64,000 bases of DNA from Kiritimatiellia bacterium (GCA_024405265.1 JAKSOZ010000001.1:27263-91262); one strand, 5' to 3'. Shown: positions 50,929 to 60,813, numbered from the stretch's first letter. Numbers and translations are program-made. The notes: generated from the letters alone by a model not told the origin.

Positions 50929-51030
50929 ATGCGAGAAATTAAGTTATCTTGGACGGTTTCTACAGAGAAGCCGAGACATATTGCGGCATCAAGTCACTAT
51001 ACTTTTGCCAATTGCAAGTCTTCTTGCTGA
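50929..51030 (+). CDS. candidate precursor peptide B (33 aa) MREIKLSWTVSTEKPRHIAASSHYTFANCKSSC
   Basis: GGAGG 9 nt upstream of ATG; followed by imperfect hairpin + T6 (51055-51088). Confidence 0.45.
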   Translation: MREIKLSWTVSTEKPRHIAASSHYTFANCKSSC

Positions 51031-51107
51031 AATAACAAGTACTTGTTCGCAAATAAACCGTCACGAGCGTCGTGTACGGTTTTTTGTTTAAGTATGGGGG
51101 TAAGAGT

Positions 51108-52445
51108 ATGAACGAGCAACGTGAGTCCGATGTTCCAATTGACAAGTCCTATAGCATGCCGTCGTTCAAACTAGTCAAATATAACGGTTGTGGCTTAGCG
51201 GTTTTTGTTGATATCGCACGATGGGTGGTTCTTAGGAACGATCGTCAGCAGGTAATCTTTAACGAGTTAACAAACGGCCGTTCGATTGGAAATGTATTGG
51301 AGGGACATTCGGACTCTATAAACGATGTTCGTGAGGTTCTTGTGCAATTAGAGGCTTTGCAGGTGGAGAAAATCAAAGCCAAATCGATTTTTTCAAACAC
51401 AAGATTGCATCTGCATCTTACTAATCGATGCAACATGCATTGCCCTCATTGTTATGTATGTTCGAGTGTTGCTTACGATAACGAACTCACCACCGAGGAG
51501 ATACAAAGTTTATGCAAGCATTTCAGAGATATCGGCGGAACCGATGTTTCTCTGACGGGAGGAGAACCGACATTAAGGGATGACTTTTTCGAAATTGTCA
51601 AATACATATCGGACATAGGAATGCGAGTTTCCGTTTACACCAACGGGTTGAATTGGGATGAAGAAAAGATAAAAAGACTCGCAACTTATTCTATCGAAGG
51701 TGTTCAGGTTAGTATTGACGGTTATGACGAACAAACCAACGCTGTTTTCAGAAATAAGGGAGCCTTTGAAAGGGCCTTGAACACAGTTGATTTGATGTTG
51801 AAGCATAAACTCCACTTGAAGATTGCAATAACGCCGCCATACGAAGTTCTTATGGAGAATCGGCAAAAGTATATTGATTTTGCGAAGTCTCTTCTTGATA
51901 AGTACGGGACGGATTCTTTGGAATTGAACTTTTCGTATGCACTTATGCCAGGGCGGGAACTGACGGTTGCGTTTGTTGATAGCGTCCGCGATAAATACCA
52001 AGATTATATAGATAAAATTGTGAGCTCGGTATGGCCGAATGCAAAGATGGACTCTTTCGTCGCAAATATCTCGGACGGCATATATGATAGTTGTGGTTAT
52101 GGTGGTTTGAATGTTTTGTCCAATGGCGATCTTTATTTTTGTGATAGACTTAGTGATGTAGCTAAAAACGGCAATATTAGAGATATGCCGTTCGAAGAAA
52201 TACATCGTCTTATGCAGCTAGCGGAAGAGACCGGAAAGATAGATCACTTCAGGCCTTGTAAAGACTGCGAACTTAAGTATATTTGCGGTGGTGGTTGCAG
52301 AGCTGAATGGTTCCGTCAATTTACGCAGATAGATAACGTTGAAGAAGTCGATTATACTTCGATAGCTCCGCGCAAGTGTACTTACTCCGATAAAGAGCGA
52401 ATTTATGATCTCATGTTAAGGACGACGGAGATGTTCTATCGTTAA
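51108..52445 (+). CDS. radical SAM enzyme with C-terminal SPASM domain and N-terminal PqqD/RRE-like extension
   Basis: CNMHCPHC (CxxxCxxC) about residue 105; C-terminal CKDCELKYICGGGCRA; first about 95 aa resemble a RiPP recognition element. Confidence 0.7.
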   Translation: MNEQRESDVPIDKSYSMPSFKLVKYNGCGLAVFVDIARWVVLRNDRQQVIFNELTNGRSIGNVLEGHSDSINDVREVLVQLEALQVEKIKAKSIFSNTRLHLHLTNRCNMHCPHCYVCSSVAYDNELTTEEIQSLCKHFRDIGGTDVSLTGGEPTLRDDFFEIVKYISDIGMRVSVYTNGLNWDEEKIKRLATYSIEGVQVSIDGYDEQTNAVFRNKGAFERALNTVDLMLKHKLHLKIAITPPYEVLMENRQKYIDFAKSLLDKYGTDSLELNFSYALMPGRELTVAFVDSVRDKYQDYIDKIVSSVWPNAKMDSFVANISDGIYDSCGYGGLNVLSNGDLYFCDRLSDVAKNGNIRDMPFEEIHRLMQLAEETGKIDHFRPCKDCELKYICGGGCRAEWFRQFTQIDNVEEVDYTSIAPRKCTYSDKERIYDLMLRTTEMFYR

Positions 52446-52446
52446 T

Positions 52447-54873
52447 ATGGGGGATTTGCTTATAGCGATTAATGCTTCTGCATCAAGACGAAATGACTTC
52501 TTGGTATTGCAAACTTATTGCGCAAAAGAAGTTGTTGTCAATAAGAACGGAAAATACAAGGGCGGTAGTATCTCGGAACTTGATGCTCTGAATTGCCCTC
52601 GTCTCTCAAACGTAAATAGTGCGTTAACACGGGATATATTTTCTAGATATTGCTTTCGTCTTTCATATAATTCATTTTACTTGCCGCTTTATGATGTTGC
52701 TGACTTCCAAAAAGCGTTTGGAGGAAGCTGCCCACTGTTCTTAGATAATACGGATAGGTCGATATTTGCAATTTCCGATGTTAAATATGATAGCTCCCCA
52801 CGAAGCAAATACAAGTATAAGATTGGCGCTGGCGAAATAACTCGCACGAATGATGGTATTCTTTGGATAAGCGACAAGGAAGTCGATCGGAAAGTTCGCC
52901 AAATTGTTCCGACAGCAAGGTTGGTATACAATCCGGAGATTCAGGCTCATACACTTTTTTTCGATTATGAAAACACCTCGATTCCATATAGTGCACAACA
53001 ACTTTCGATTTGCGAAAAGGACCGTATTTACTTGAGAAATTACCAAGCTGAGGACGTTGTTGTTAATCGATTGTCTCTTAATTTCAAAAGTCTTACAAAG
53101 GGCCGTTTCCTTTATAGCGGACATGGGCATCTTGCGGATTTGAAAGACACTTTACGGCAACAGGATATTTTTTTGGAAGAAGATCGGGAGTTTTTAGTTC
53201 CACAAGTTAATGTAAGACGAGGAGACTCCGGGTGGTTTGAGATTGATTTGTTCTGCCGTAAAGATGGTGAAATTGTGAATCTTGCGGAAAGAATCGATTT
53301 GTTCGCCTCTAAGAATGCTATTGAGATCGACGGCAAGAAGGTAGTGCTTCCGGAATCAATCGTAAGCGTTAAAGATAGGCTGGTGTTTGAAAATGGTAGA
53401 TTGAAGTTGTCGGAAGGGAATACGCTCGGCTTATTGCGTCTTATTTCTGATAGTGGTGCCAAGGTGGAGGAGTTCTTTCCGTATCCAAACATTCAGTTGA
53501 AGTTGTTGGAGAAGATGCAATCGGTTGCATATCCATATCAAGTCGAGGGAATCAAATGGCTGAAGTTTCTTTTCCTCAATCAAATAGGTGGATGCCTTGC
53601 GGATGATATGGGATTAGGAAAGACATTTCAGGTGATTTCATTTCTTTGTGATCGAGAGGTCAGAAAGAAAGTTAAGAAAGTTTTGGTTGTTGTTCCAAAG
53701 TCGCTCTTGACCAATTGGGTTAGGGAGTTTAACAAATTTGGCTCTGATTACAAGGTGCAGATATACCACGGCGCCGCACGAAAGGATTTCGATTTAGAGG
53801 CATGTGATGTGTTGATAACAACGTATAATACGGCAACCATCGATGAAGAAGTGTTAAGCAAGTGTAACTTCTCGGTTGCGATATTTGATGAGATTCAAAC
53901 TATCAAGAATCGCAATTCAACAACATCCGCGTCGATGAAGAAGCTGAATGCGAAGGTTAAGTTCGGATTGTCAGGAACTCCGATGGAAAATAATATCTCG
54001 GAGTTGTGGAATGTTATGGATGTAGTTAATCCTGGCGTTTTCTCCGATTGCGATACTTTTTGTCGGCGGTATGGTAATTCGAATTATGAAGAGCTAAGAA
54101 CGATCTTGACTCTATTCGTTATGCGTCGCACCAAAGAGCTGGTCTTGAAAGAATTGCCACCGAAAATCGAGCGAATTGTGTATTGTGATATGGATCCCGC
54201 GCAGCGAAAGCTTTACGATGGAATAAAAATGTCCGTCAGACGAGCTATTGAGAGATTGAAGGTGTTTGCAGCACCAGTTATCTTGAAAGGACTTACATTA
54301 CTAAGGGAATGTTGTTGTCATCCTCAACTCTTGGGCCATGAAGTTAATGTCGAAAACATTTCTGATTCTTGTAAACTAGACGCACTACGTATTCTTGTCG
54401 AGGACCTCTATAAAAATGGCCATAAGATATTAATCTTCAGTAGTTGGACATCGATGTTGGAAATTGTCAAGCATGAACTTGGGTCAGATGACGCGTATCG
54501 AAATCACATTTATTATCTGGATGGAAAAACATGCCACAGGCAAGAATTGATAGAACGGTTTGAATCAGCTGATAAGGGGGTGTTTCTCATCAGCATCAAA
54601 GCAGGTGGCGTTGGCCTTAATTTAACCTCGGCGCAGGATGTGATTATTTATGACCCGTGGTGGAACCCATTCGTTGAGCAGCAAGCGGTTGATCGCGCTC
54701 ATCGTATAGGACAAGATAAGCCCGTTTGTGTTTATAAGTTAGTGACGGCAGGTACTTTGGAGGAAAAGATTGTGGATATCGAAAACGATAAACGAAAGAG
54801 TTTCGATGCAATCATAAATGGTATATCCTCGGATAAGAATATGAAGTTAGAGGATATTTTGCGACTCCTTTAA
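52447..54873 (+). CDS. SNF2-family helicase/ATPase with unknown 350-aa N-terminal region
   Basis: YPYQVEGIKWL, DDMGLGKT (motif I), DEIQTIKN (motif II), helicase-C motifs (QAVDRAHRIGQ); ATG 2 nt after rSAM stop. Confidence 0.7.
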   Translation: MGDLLIAINASASRRNDFLVLQTYCAKEVVVNKNGKYKGGSISELDALNCPRLSNVNSALTRDIFSRYCFRLSYNSFYLPLYDVADFQKAFGGSCPLFLDNTDRSIFAISDVKYDSSPRSKYKYKIGAGEITRTNDGILWISDKEVDRKVRQIVPTARLVYNPEIQAHTLFFDYENTSIPYSAQQLSICEKDRIYLRNYQAEDVVVNRLSLNFKSLTKGRFLYSGHGHLADLKDTLRQQDIFLEEDREFLVPQVNVRRGDSGWFEIDLFCRKDGEIVNLAERIDLFASKNAIEIDGKKVVLPESIVSVKDRLVFENGRLKLSEGNTLGLLRLISDSGAKVEEFFPYPNIQLKLLEKMQSVAYPYQVEGIKWLKFLFLNQIGGCLADDMGLGKTFQVISFLCDREVRKKVKKVLVVVPKSLLTNWVREFNKFGSDYKVQIYHGAARKDFDLEACDVLITTYNTATIDEEVLSKCNFSVAIFDEIQTIKNRNSTTSASMKKLNAKVKFGLSGTPMENNISELWNVMDVVNPGVFSDCDTFCRRYGNSNYEELRTILTLFVMRRTKELVLKELPPKIERIVYCDMDPAQRKLYDGIKMSVRRAIERLKVFAAPVILKGLTLLRECCCHPQLLGHEVNVENISDSCKLDALRILVEDLYKNGHKILIFSSWTSMLEIVKHELGSDDAYRNHIYYLDGKTCHRQELIERFESADKGVFLISIKAGGVGLNLTSAQDVIIYDPWWNPFVEQQAVDRAHRIGQDKPVCVYKLVTAGTLEEKIVDIENDKRKSFDAIINGISSDKNMKLEDILRLL

Positions 54874-54877
54874 TGTT

Positions 54878-55477
54878 ATGGAAGTGACTGATATAGAAAT
54901 GTATGTGAGATATTTCAAGAAAGTTGTTTTCTTGAATATCTTGAGAATCTTTAAATCGATAGATTTCACCGGTAGGATCGAGTCAGACAATGAGGAATTG
55001 CGAGGATACGAAGGGTGCTATCCCGTGAGCCGAATGCTCGACTCATTGCAAATTTCAGAGCAAGATTCAGTTCTGGACATTGGATGCGGGAAGGGGATGT
55101 TCCTGTATTATGCCAAAAGGTATCCATTCAGACTCATTAGCGGTATTGATCTGAACGCTCAACTTGTTTCTGTTGCGCGGCGAAATATGTCTAAATTATC
55201 TGATACTCGAATTGATGTGTGGCATTGTGATGCACGTACATTTGGAGCGTATGACAAATACAATATATTCTTTATTAACAATCCTTTTTGTAAGGAAGTC
55301 TTGTGTGAAGTTGTTAATAGAATAATTGATAGCCAGCGACAGAATATGAGACGGATAACTGTCATTTATCAATTCCCGTATCATTTAGATGTGTTTGCAG
55401 GGCTTGGATTTATGATTAAAGCCGACGATGGCGTGAATGTTATTCTTGAGCGGAGTGTAGTTTTCGATGACGTGTGA
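54878..55477 (+). CDS. small class-I SAM-dependent methyltransferase (RsmD-like architecture)
   Basis: motif I VLDIGCGKG and downstream FFINNPF (degenerate D/NPPF). Confidence 0.45.
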   Translation: MEVTDIEMYVRYFKKVVFLNILRIFKSIDFTGRIESDNEELRGYEGCYPVSRMLDSLQISEQDSVLDIGCGKGMFLYYAKRYPFRLISGIDLNAQLVSVARRNMSKLSDTRIDVWHCDARTFGAYDKYNIFFINNPFCKEVLCEVVNRIIDSQRQNMRRITVIYQFPYHLDVFAGLGFMIKADDGVNVILERSVVFDDV

Positions 55478-55699
55478 GTTCTCGCAGATTTCTTATTCTA
55501 CGGCTTATGTGTTATGTGGTCGTCGATGCCTCCGCGCGCGTGTCTCGAACGCCGCGCTAGATGATAAAATGGATTGATGTTTTAAGTAACGAGATTGTGG
55601 TTTTATGCGTACTTATTAGCATAGAACGCTTTGCCCGCCGGCAATCTCCAATAGAGGTGTGCACACCTCGCGGAAAATATGATATAATATAAGCATACA

Positions 55700-55780
55700 A
55701 TGAAGAGCCCTAAGTTCTCCATAATCATCCCGGTCTACAATGTAACGCCGTATTTGCGCGAGCGTTTTTGTTTGGTGTAG
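55700..55780 (+). pseudogene. 26-codon remnant of a GT2 glycosyltransferase N-terminus (MKSPKFSIIIPVYNVTPYLRERF...stop)
   Basis: canonical GT2 start FSIIIPVYN directly after a consensus TATAAT promoter, terminated after 26 codons. Confidence 0.45.
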
Positions 55781-55796
55781 CGCGTTGATTTTTCTT

Positions 55797-56615
55797 ATGA
55801 CCGACATAACCGTTATCATTTTAACCGGGAAGGAAGAGCTGCATATCGGGCGGTGCTTGGAGAAGCTTGCGCCGCTTGAACCGCGGCAGATTATTGTCGT
55901 CGAATCGCAGAAGGGCGATCGGACGCATGAGATTGCGTTAGCGCATGGCGCGACTTGCGTTTGGCACGATTGGCCGGGGCTTTATGCGAAGCAATTCAAT
56001 TGGATTATTGATCAGCTTGCGCGAACTAATGTATCAAATACATTAGTTCACACGAAGTGGATTCTGAGACTTGATGCAGACGAGTATTTGACGTCTGAGA
56101 CGATTGAAAAGTTGAAGGCGGAACTGCCACGGATGCCGGAGGATGTGGCAGGAATTAACCTCGAACTCAAGCGGCGGTTTTGCGGGTGTGAGATTCGGCA
56201 CGCGACGAATGGCATTCGGCTTCTGCGCATTTGGCGCGCGGGGCGCGGCAGAAGTGAAGAGCGGGCGATGGACGAACACATTGAGGTTGACGGCAAGGTC
56301 ATCGACTTCGACGGCGCGTTCTACGACGATAATCTCAACGACATGGATTGGTGGCGCGAGAAGCACCGCGGATATGCGAAGCGCGAGGCGGCGGATGCGC
56401 TCGCGTTTGCGCGCGGCGAGATTCACTTCAAGCCCGCCAAAGAGGCCTACTATCGCATGCCGCGCTACCTGCGCGCGTTCATCTACTTCGCCATCCGCTA
56501 CTTCCTCAAAGGCGGGATCCTCGATGGCTACGGCGGCTGGATGTGGAACTTCTGGCAAGGCCTTTGGTATCGCTGCCTCGTCGATTACGAGATTGGAAAG
56601 TTGAAGAGGACTTGA
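55797..56615 (+). CDS. glycosyltransferase family 2-like protein
   Basis: TVIILTGKEELHIGRCLEKL...RLDADEY (DxD-like). Confidence 0.5.
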   Translation: MTDITVIILTGKEELHIGRCLEKLAPLEPRQIIVVESQKGDRTHEIALAHGATCVWHDWPGLYAKQFNWIIDQLARTNVSNTLVHTKWILRLDADEYLTSETIEKLKAELPRMPEDVAGINLELKRRFCGCEIRHATNGIRLLRIWRAGRGRSEERAMDEHIEVDGKVIDFDGAFYDDNLNDMDWWREKHRGYAKREAADALAFARGEIHFKPAKEAYYRMPRYLRAFIYFAIRYFLKGGILDGYGGWMWNFWQGLWYRCLVDYEIGKLKRT

Positions 56616-56616
56616 A

Positions 56617-58731
56617 ATGAAAATCGGCATTATTACCATTCAAAAGTGTAATAACTTTGGAGCGGATCTGCAAGCATATGCGCTAGGTGCGAAGTTGCGC
56701 AATCTCGGCTATGACGCGGAGAATATCGATTATCTCTTTTACAAGCATCCGCGGCACTTGAAAGGCAAGGGCGAAAAACCGATTTTCAAACTCTCGCTGG
56801 TTAATCGTGCGAAGGAAATTCTCTTTCCGATTGTTGCGGGGCTAAAGAATCTAAAGCGCCGCGCAGCAATCCATGCTCGTCATGAACGTTTTGCCGCGTG
56901 GACGGACGAGTATCTCAAATGCGGCCCGGAATACCGTTCTGTCGCATCGCTTTACGCGAATCCGCCGCGCTACGATGTCTACGTGGTCGGATCGGATCAA
57001 GTTTGGAATCCTCGCATGGGTTCGAATATCCTCCCATACTTCCTCGACTTTGCGCCTAAAGATGCCCGCCTAGTAAGCTATGCCTCATCGATGGGAGTTG
57101 CCGAACTCCCGGCCGGAGCGTTTTACAAATTCAAGCAACTCCTGCGTCGATTCTCGGCAATCTCCACTCGCGAGAAAAGTGCAGCGGACATTGTAAACGC
57201 AATGGCGCTAGGAGTAGAAGTCAAGCATGTTGTCGATCCGACCTTGCTATTGAGCGCGGCAGAATGGATGAAAGTGTCGAAGGTGCCAGCTGACATCCCC
57301 GCCAAGCCCTATCTCTTGTTGTATGATTTGATTGCTAGTGAAGAGACCGTAAAACTCGCCCGCAAGATTGCCGCGGAGAAGGGTTTATCGATTGTGCGCA
57401 TTGGAGATGGCGCATATGGCCCCGGCGAATTCATTTGGCTCTTTAACAACGCCGATTTCGTAGTTACGAATTCCTTCCATGGCACCGCTTTCTCAATCAT
57501 CAATAACAAGGACTTCTTCTCCGTCATACCTCGCGGCATGACGAATGCCGCGCGAATCGAAAGTCTACTTAAGGTTGTCGCTTCCGAAGATCGTCTCGTT
57601 CGAGCCGAGCATATCGATAATGTTGATTCTTCCGATTCGATAGATTGGACTAAGGTCAATTCGCTCCTCGAAGCGACGAAGACGGAATCACTCGGCTTTT
57701 TGACTCGCGCAGTAGAAAGCAAATCGAACCGAATCGAACCGAAGTTGCCAATTGGTTGCTACGCTGTCTGGAATGCTGATGATGATGTTCGTGCGGCTTC
57801 CACGAGTGGCGGACTTTTCCGTGTCCTTGCCGAGCGCACGATTGCGCGCGGGGGTGTCGTTTATGGCGCGGCGTTTTCTCAAGACTTCCATCACGTCTCG
57901 CATCAGGCCGCCGAAACAATCGATGAACTTGAGCCGCTGATGAAGTCGAAGTATGTTTGGAGCGATCCGACCGCGGCATACAAACAAGCCCTCGAACATC
58001 TCAAGTCCGGGCGCGAGGTCCTTTTCACCGGTACGCCTTGCCAAATTGCCGCGATAAAGTCGTTGGCGAAGGGTTATGACGAGAAACTGCTGACGATGGA
58101 CATCGTTTGCCATGGCACGCCTCGCCCTGAAATCTTCGAGTCCTACATTTCCGAACTTGAAAACCGTTTTGGCGGAAAGGTCACGCACTATGAATTTCGC
58201 AACAAGGATGCCGGTTGGAATTTCTCGCATGTGCGCGGCGTGTTCGAAAGCAGCGCTGTGTATGATAAAGTACTTCGCAATGATCTGTATTACCTGGCTT
58301 TTGGAATTGGAGATTCTCTTCGTCCCGGCTGTTTCAATTGCCCATTCATCGGACTTGAACGAGTCGCCGATTTTACGATTGCTGACTGCTGGCGCGTTGC
58401 TGCATCCAATCCGGAATTTGACGATGGAAAGGGGACGAGTCTCGTGCTTGTTAACTCGCCTAAGGCCGCGGCAATTTGGAAGGAGGTGCTTGCGTCAGGA
58501 AAAATCAAAGGCGGCGCATACGATCTTGACCTCGCGCAAATGCGTAACATGCCGCTAATGCAAAAGGCGCATAAGCCGCGCTCTTACGAAAGTTTCCAAC
58601 GCGTGTTTAACGAGACAAAGTCCTTTAATGAAGCAGCGAAAGTTTTTCTTACACGTAAGTTGCTCCTCAAAGCGACAATCGTCTACTGGGTTAAGAAACT
58701 CGGTTGGTTCTACTTCAAACATCATCAATAA
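56617..58731 (+). CDS. polysaccharide pyruvyl transferase domain fused to F420-hydrogenase/dehydrogenase beta-subunit-like (FrhB/FdhB) domain
   Basis: N-terminal MKIGIITIQKCNNFGADLQAYAL (PS_pyruv_trans-like); C-terminal half with Cys-rich FrhB-like region (CHGTP, CFNCP). Confidence 0.55.
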   Translation: MKIGIITIQKCNNFGADLQAYALGAKLRNLGYDAENIDYLFYKHPRHLKGKGEKPIFKLSLVNRAKEILFPIVAGLKNLKRRAAIHARHERFAAWTDEYLKCGPEYRSVASLYANPPRYDVYVVGSDQVWNPRMGSNILPYFLDFAPKDARLVSYASSMGVAELPAGAFYKFKQLLRRFSAISTREKSAADIVNAMALGVEVKHVVDPTLLLSAAEWMKVSKVPADIPAKPYLLLYDLIASEETVKLARKIAAEKGLSIVRIGDGAYGPGEFIWLFNNADFVVTNSFHGTAFSIINNKDFFSVIPRGMTNAARIESLLKVVASEDRLVRAEHIDNVDSSDSIDWTKVNSLLEATKTESLGFLTRAVESKSNRIEPKLPIGCYAVWNADDDVRAASTSGGLFRVLAERTIARGGVVYGAAFSQDFHHVSHQAAETIDELEPLMKSKYVWSDPTAAYKQALEHLKSGREVLFTGTPCQIAAIKSLAKGYDEKLLTMDIVCHGTPRPEIFESYISELENRFGGKVTHYEFRNKDAGWNFSHVRGVFESSAVYDKVLRNDLYYLAFGIGDSLRPGCFNCPFIGLERVADFTIADCWRVAASNPEFDDGKGTSLVLVNSPKAAAIWKEVLASGKIKGGAYDLDLAQMRNMPLMQKAHKPRSYESFQRVFNETKSFNEAAKVFLTRKLLLKATIVYWVKKLGWFYFKHHQ

Positions 58732-58742
58732 GGATTTCTGTT

Positions 58743-59291
58743 ATGGCAACCGACATTGAAAAGTATGTTGATGCTTTGAGTCTTAAGAACAAGCTTGCGC
58801 GTGCGGCTTGGATGGCGTTTTCGTGTGTACTCTTCCGCCCCTTTGCCGGGCCGCTCTTTCGATACTATCGTTCGCTCGTCCTTCGTCTTTGGGGTGCAAA
58901 AGTCGGGAAGCGTTGCGCAATTGCTGCCGGAGCGAAGATTTGGGCTCCTTGGAATCTGGTAATCGGAGATTATGTTGCGGTTGCGAATGGCGCCGAGCTT
59001 TATGATGTCGCACTGATAACGCTTGGAGATCATGTAACGATTTCGCAAGACTCCTACCTCTGTACGGCGAGCCACGATATCAGTAAGAAATTGAAGCCGC
59101 TTACATTCAATCCGATTCATATTGAAGCATATGCTTGGGTCTGTGCGCGTGCAACGATTCTCCCCGGAGTAACGATTGGAGAAGGTTCCGTCGCAGGTTG
59201 TGCATCAGTCGTCGCTAAAGATGTCGAACCCTGGACAGTGGTTGGAGGCAACCCGGCGAAGTTTATCAAGAAGCGGGAGCTTAAGGCTTAG
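58743..59291 (+). CDS. hexapeptide-repeat (LbH) acetyltransferase, WcaF-like
   Basis: isoleucine-patch repeats IGDYVAVANGAELYDVALITLGDHVTISQ. Confidence 0.6.
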   Translation: MATDIEKYVDALSLKNKLARAAWMAFSCVLFRPFAGPLFRYYRSLVLRLWGAKVGKRCAIAAGAKIWAPWNLVIGDYVAVANGAELYDVALITLGDHVTISQDSYLCTASHDISKKLKPLTFNPIHIEAYAWVCARATILPGVTIGEGSVAGCASVVAKDVEPWTVVGGNPAKFIKKRELKA

Positions 59292-59299
59292 GGCATAAG

Positions 59300-59350
59300 A
59301 CTTTCTTTTGACCCATTCTTGCCGCGGAAGCGGCAAATATGTTATAATAT
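59300..59350 (+). promoter_or_regulatory. portable promoter module copy 3
   Basis: GACTTTCTTTTGACCCATTC-TTGCCGCGGAAGCGGCAA-ATATGTTATAATAT. Confidence 0.55.
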
Positions 59351-59446
59351 CTAACTATGAAGATGAGTGCGAATTTGCGAATTCGGCGGATGTGTGGGGT
59401 GCTGTTGGTACACCACTGGCAAGAGCTTTGTAGCGTATGGTAATTA

Positions 59447-59779
59447 ATGAAGGAACTTAAAATGATTTCACGTGGTTTGATTTTAATGATGTGTGGCGCG
59501 TTGATGATGTTGTCTGCGTGTACAACACAGGCAACTATTAGCGGACGTGAGATATCAGATGAAGTCCTTGAGAAACCATCCGACATGGCATTGTACAATG
59601 GGTGCTTTTGGAATGACCGCTTATGGGAAGATGCTTGGGTGAGCAAGAAAAGTAGACAACACACCTTAAAACAAGTGCGCATGCGAATCTCCCCGTGGCA
59701 ACCATTGGCTGCTATCGGCACGTTGGGACTGTGGGTGCCATTTTATGTGGAATGGGAGCTAAATGGAGATGCGTTATGA
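59447..59779 (+). CDS. small secreted/lipoprotein-like protein
   Basis: signal peptide LILMMCGALMMLSAC (lipobox-like); SD AAGGAA upstream; a 28-codon uORF (59357-59443) lies between promoter and this gene. Confidence 0.45.
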   Translation: MKELKMISRGLILMMCGALMMLSACTTQATISGREISDEVLEKPSDMALYNGCFWNDRLWEDAWVSKKSRQHTLKQVRMRISPWQPLAAIGTLGLWVPFYVEWELNGDAL

Positions 59780-60813
59780 AGATCCATAATATCGCGATTT
59801 TCTTTGACGGCACCGGACAAAGCAAGAGTCAACAAAAGCCGACAGATTACACAAATGTCGTGTTGTTGCATGATGCGCTTGATATGGCGAAGACGTCGAG
59901 TGTGTCACAAGTTCGCAAATATATTGAAGGCGTTGGCACACGGAAAGAAGAGTCTCTCAAGGGTGGAGCCTGGGGAATTGGACTTGATGAGCGTATCGAA
60001 GAGGCTTATGCATATCTTTGGCAAGAGTATAATAATGCCAAAGAAGCATCCGTCGAGCCCCATATATTCCTCTTTGGCTTTAGCCGCGGCGCATACGCCG
60101 CTAGATGGCTTGCTTCTTTGATTGTTAATGCGGGTATTCCAAAGAATGAAGACGATGTGCGTACGCTATTTATGAAGCACCGTTCTGAGAATCGGAAGTA
60201 TTTGGAAAAGATCAAGGCGGATAATCGTGTATGGTGCGACGCGACGATTGATTACATTGGAGTTTGGGATACGGTTGAGGCATCGGTTAACAAGAGCTTT
60301 GATATCGAGAATGCGCATCCGATGATAAAATCGGTTCGTCATGCATTAGCGATGGATGAGTGGAGATTCAAGTTCTTGCCGACAAGATACAATCCTCGGA
60401 ATGGTGTCGAAGAGCTATGGTTCCCCGGCTGCCATACGGATGTCGGCGGTGGATATCCTGAGCGAGGTCTGGCGCGTTGTCCACTCGAGTGGATCGCGGA
60501 AGGTGCAATTAATGCGGGACTGAAAGTGGATTCTGATAGGCTGAATCAATCCATTGATGATAGATCGTCCAAAATCAAATATCACGATGAGCTTGTAGAT
60601 GGAGGCTTGGGAATGGGTCTCTTGTGGTGGTTTACGAATATCTGTGGTGGTTTAAGGAGTAAGACATATCGTCAAATGCGTGTAGATGATTTTTACGATC
60701 AAACATATGTGACATACAAAGATCAAGCACCTTCTGATGACGAGCGACTCAATATTCCGGCCACATGTTTGGCTTACAATAATCACCATTCTGATGCGTT
60801 TGAGCGCGCGTAA
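59776..60813 (+). CDS. DUF2235 (Tle1-like alpha/beta-hydrolase) protein
   Basis: N-terminal IAIFFDGTGQS signature; GFSRGA nucleophile-elbow-like; ATGA overlap with previous gene. Confidence 0.55.
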   Translation: MKIHNIAIFFDGTGQSKSQQKPTDYTNVVLLHDALDMAKTSSVSQVRKYIEGVGTRKEESLKGGAWGIGLDERIEEAYAYLWQEYNNAKEASVEPHIFLFGFSRGAYAARWLASLIVNAGIPKNEDDVRTLFMKHRSENRKYLEKIKADNRVWCDATIDYIGVWDTVEASVNKSFDIENAHPMIKSVRHALAMDEWRFKFLPTRYNPRNGVEELWFPGCHTDVGGGYPERGLARCPLEWIAEGAINAGLKVDSDRLNQSIDDRSSKIKYHDELVDGGLGMGLLWWFTNICGGLRSKTYRQMRVDDFYDQTYVTYKDQAPSDDERLNIPATCLAYNNHHSDAFERA

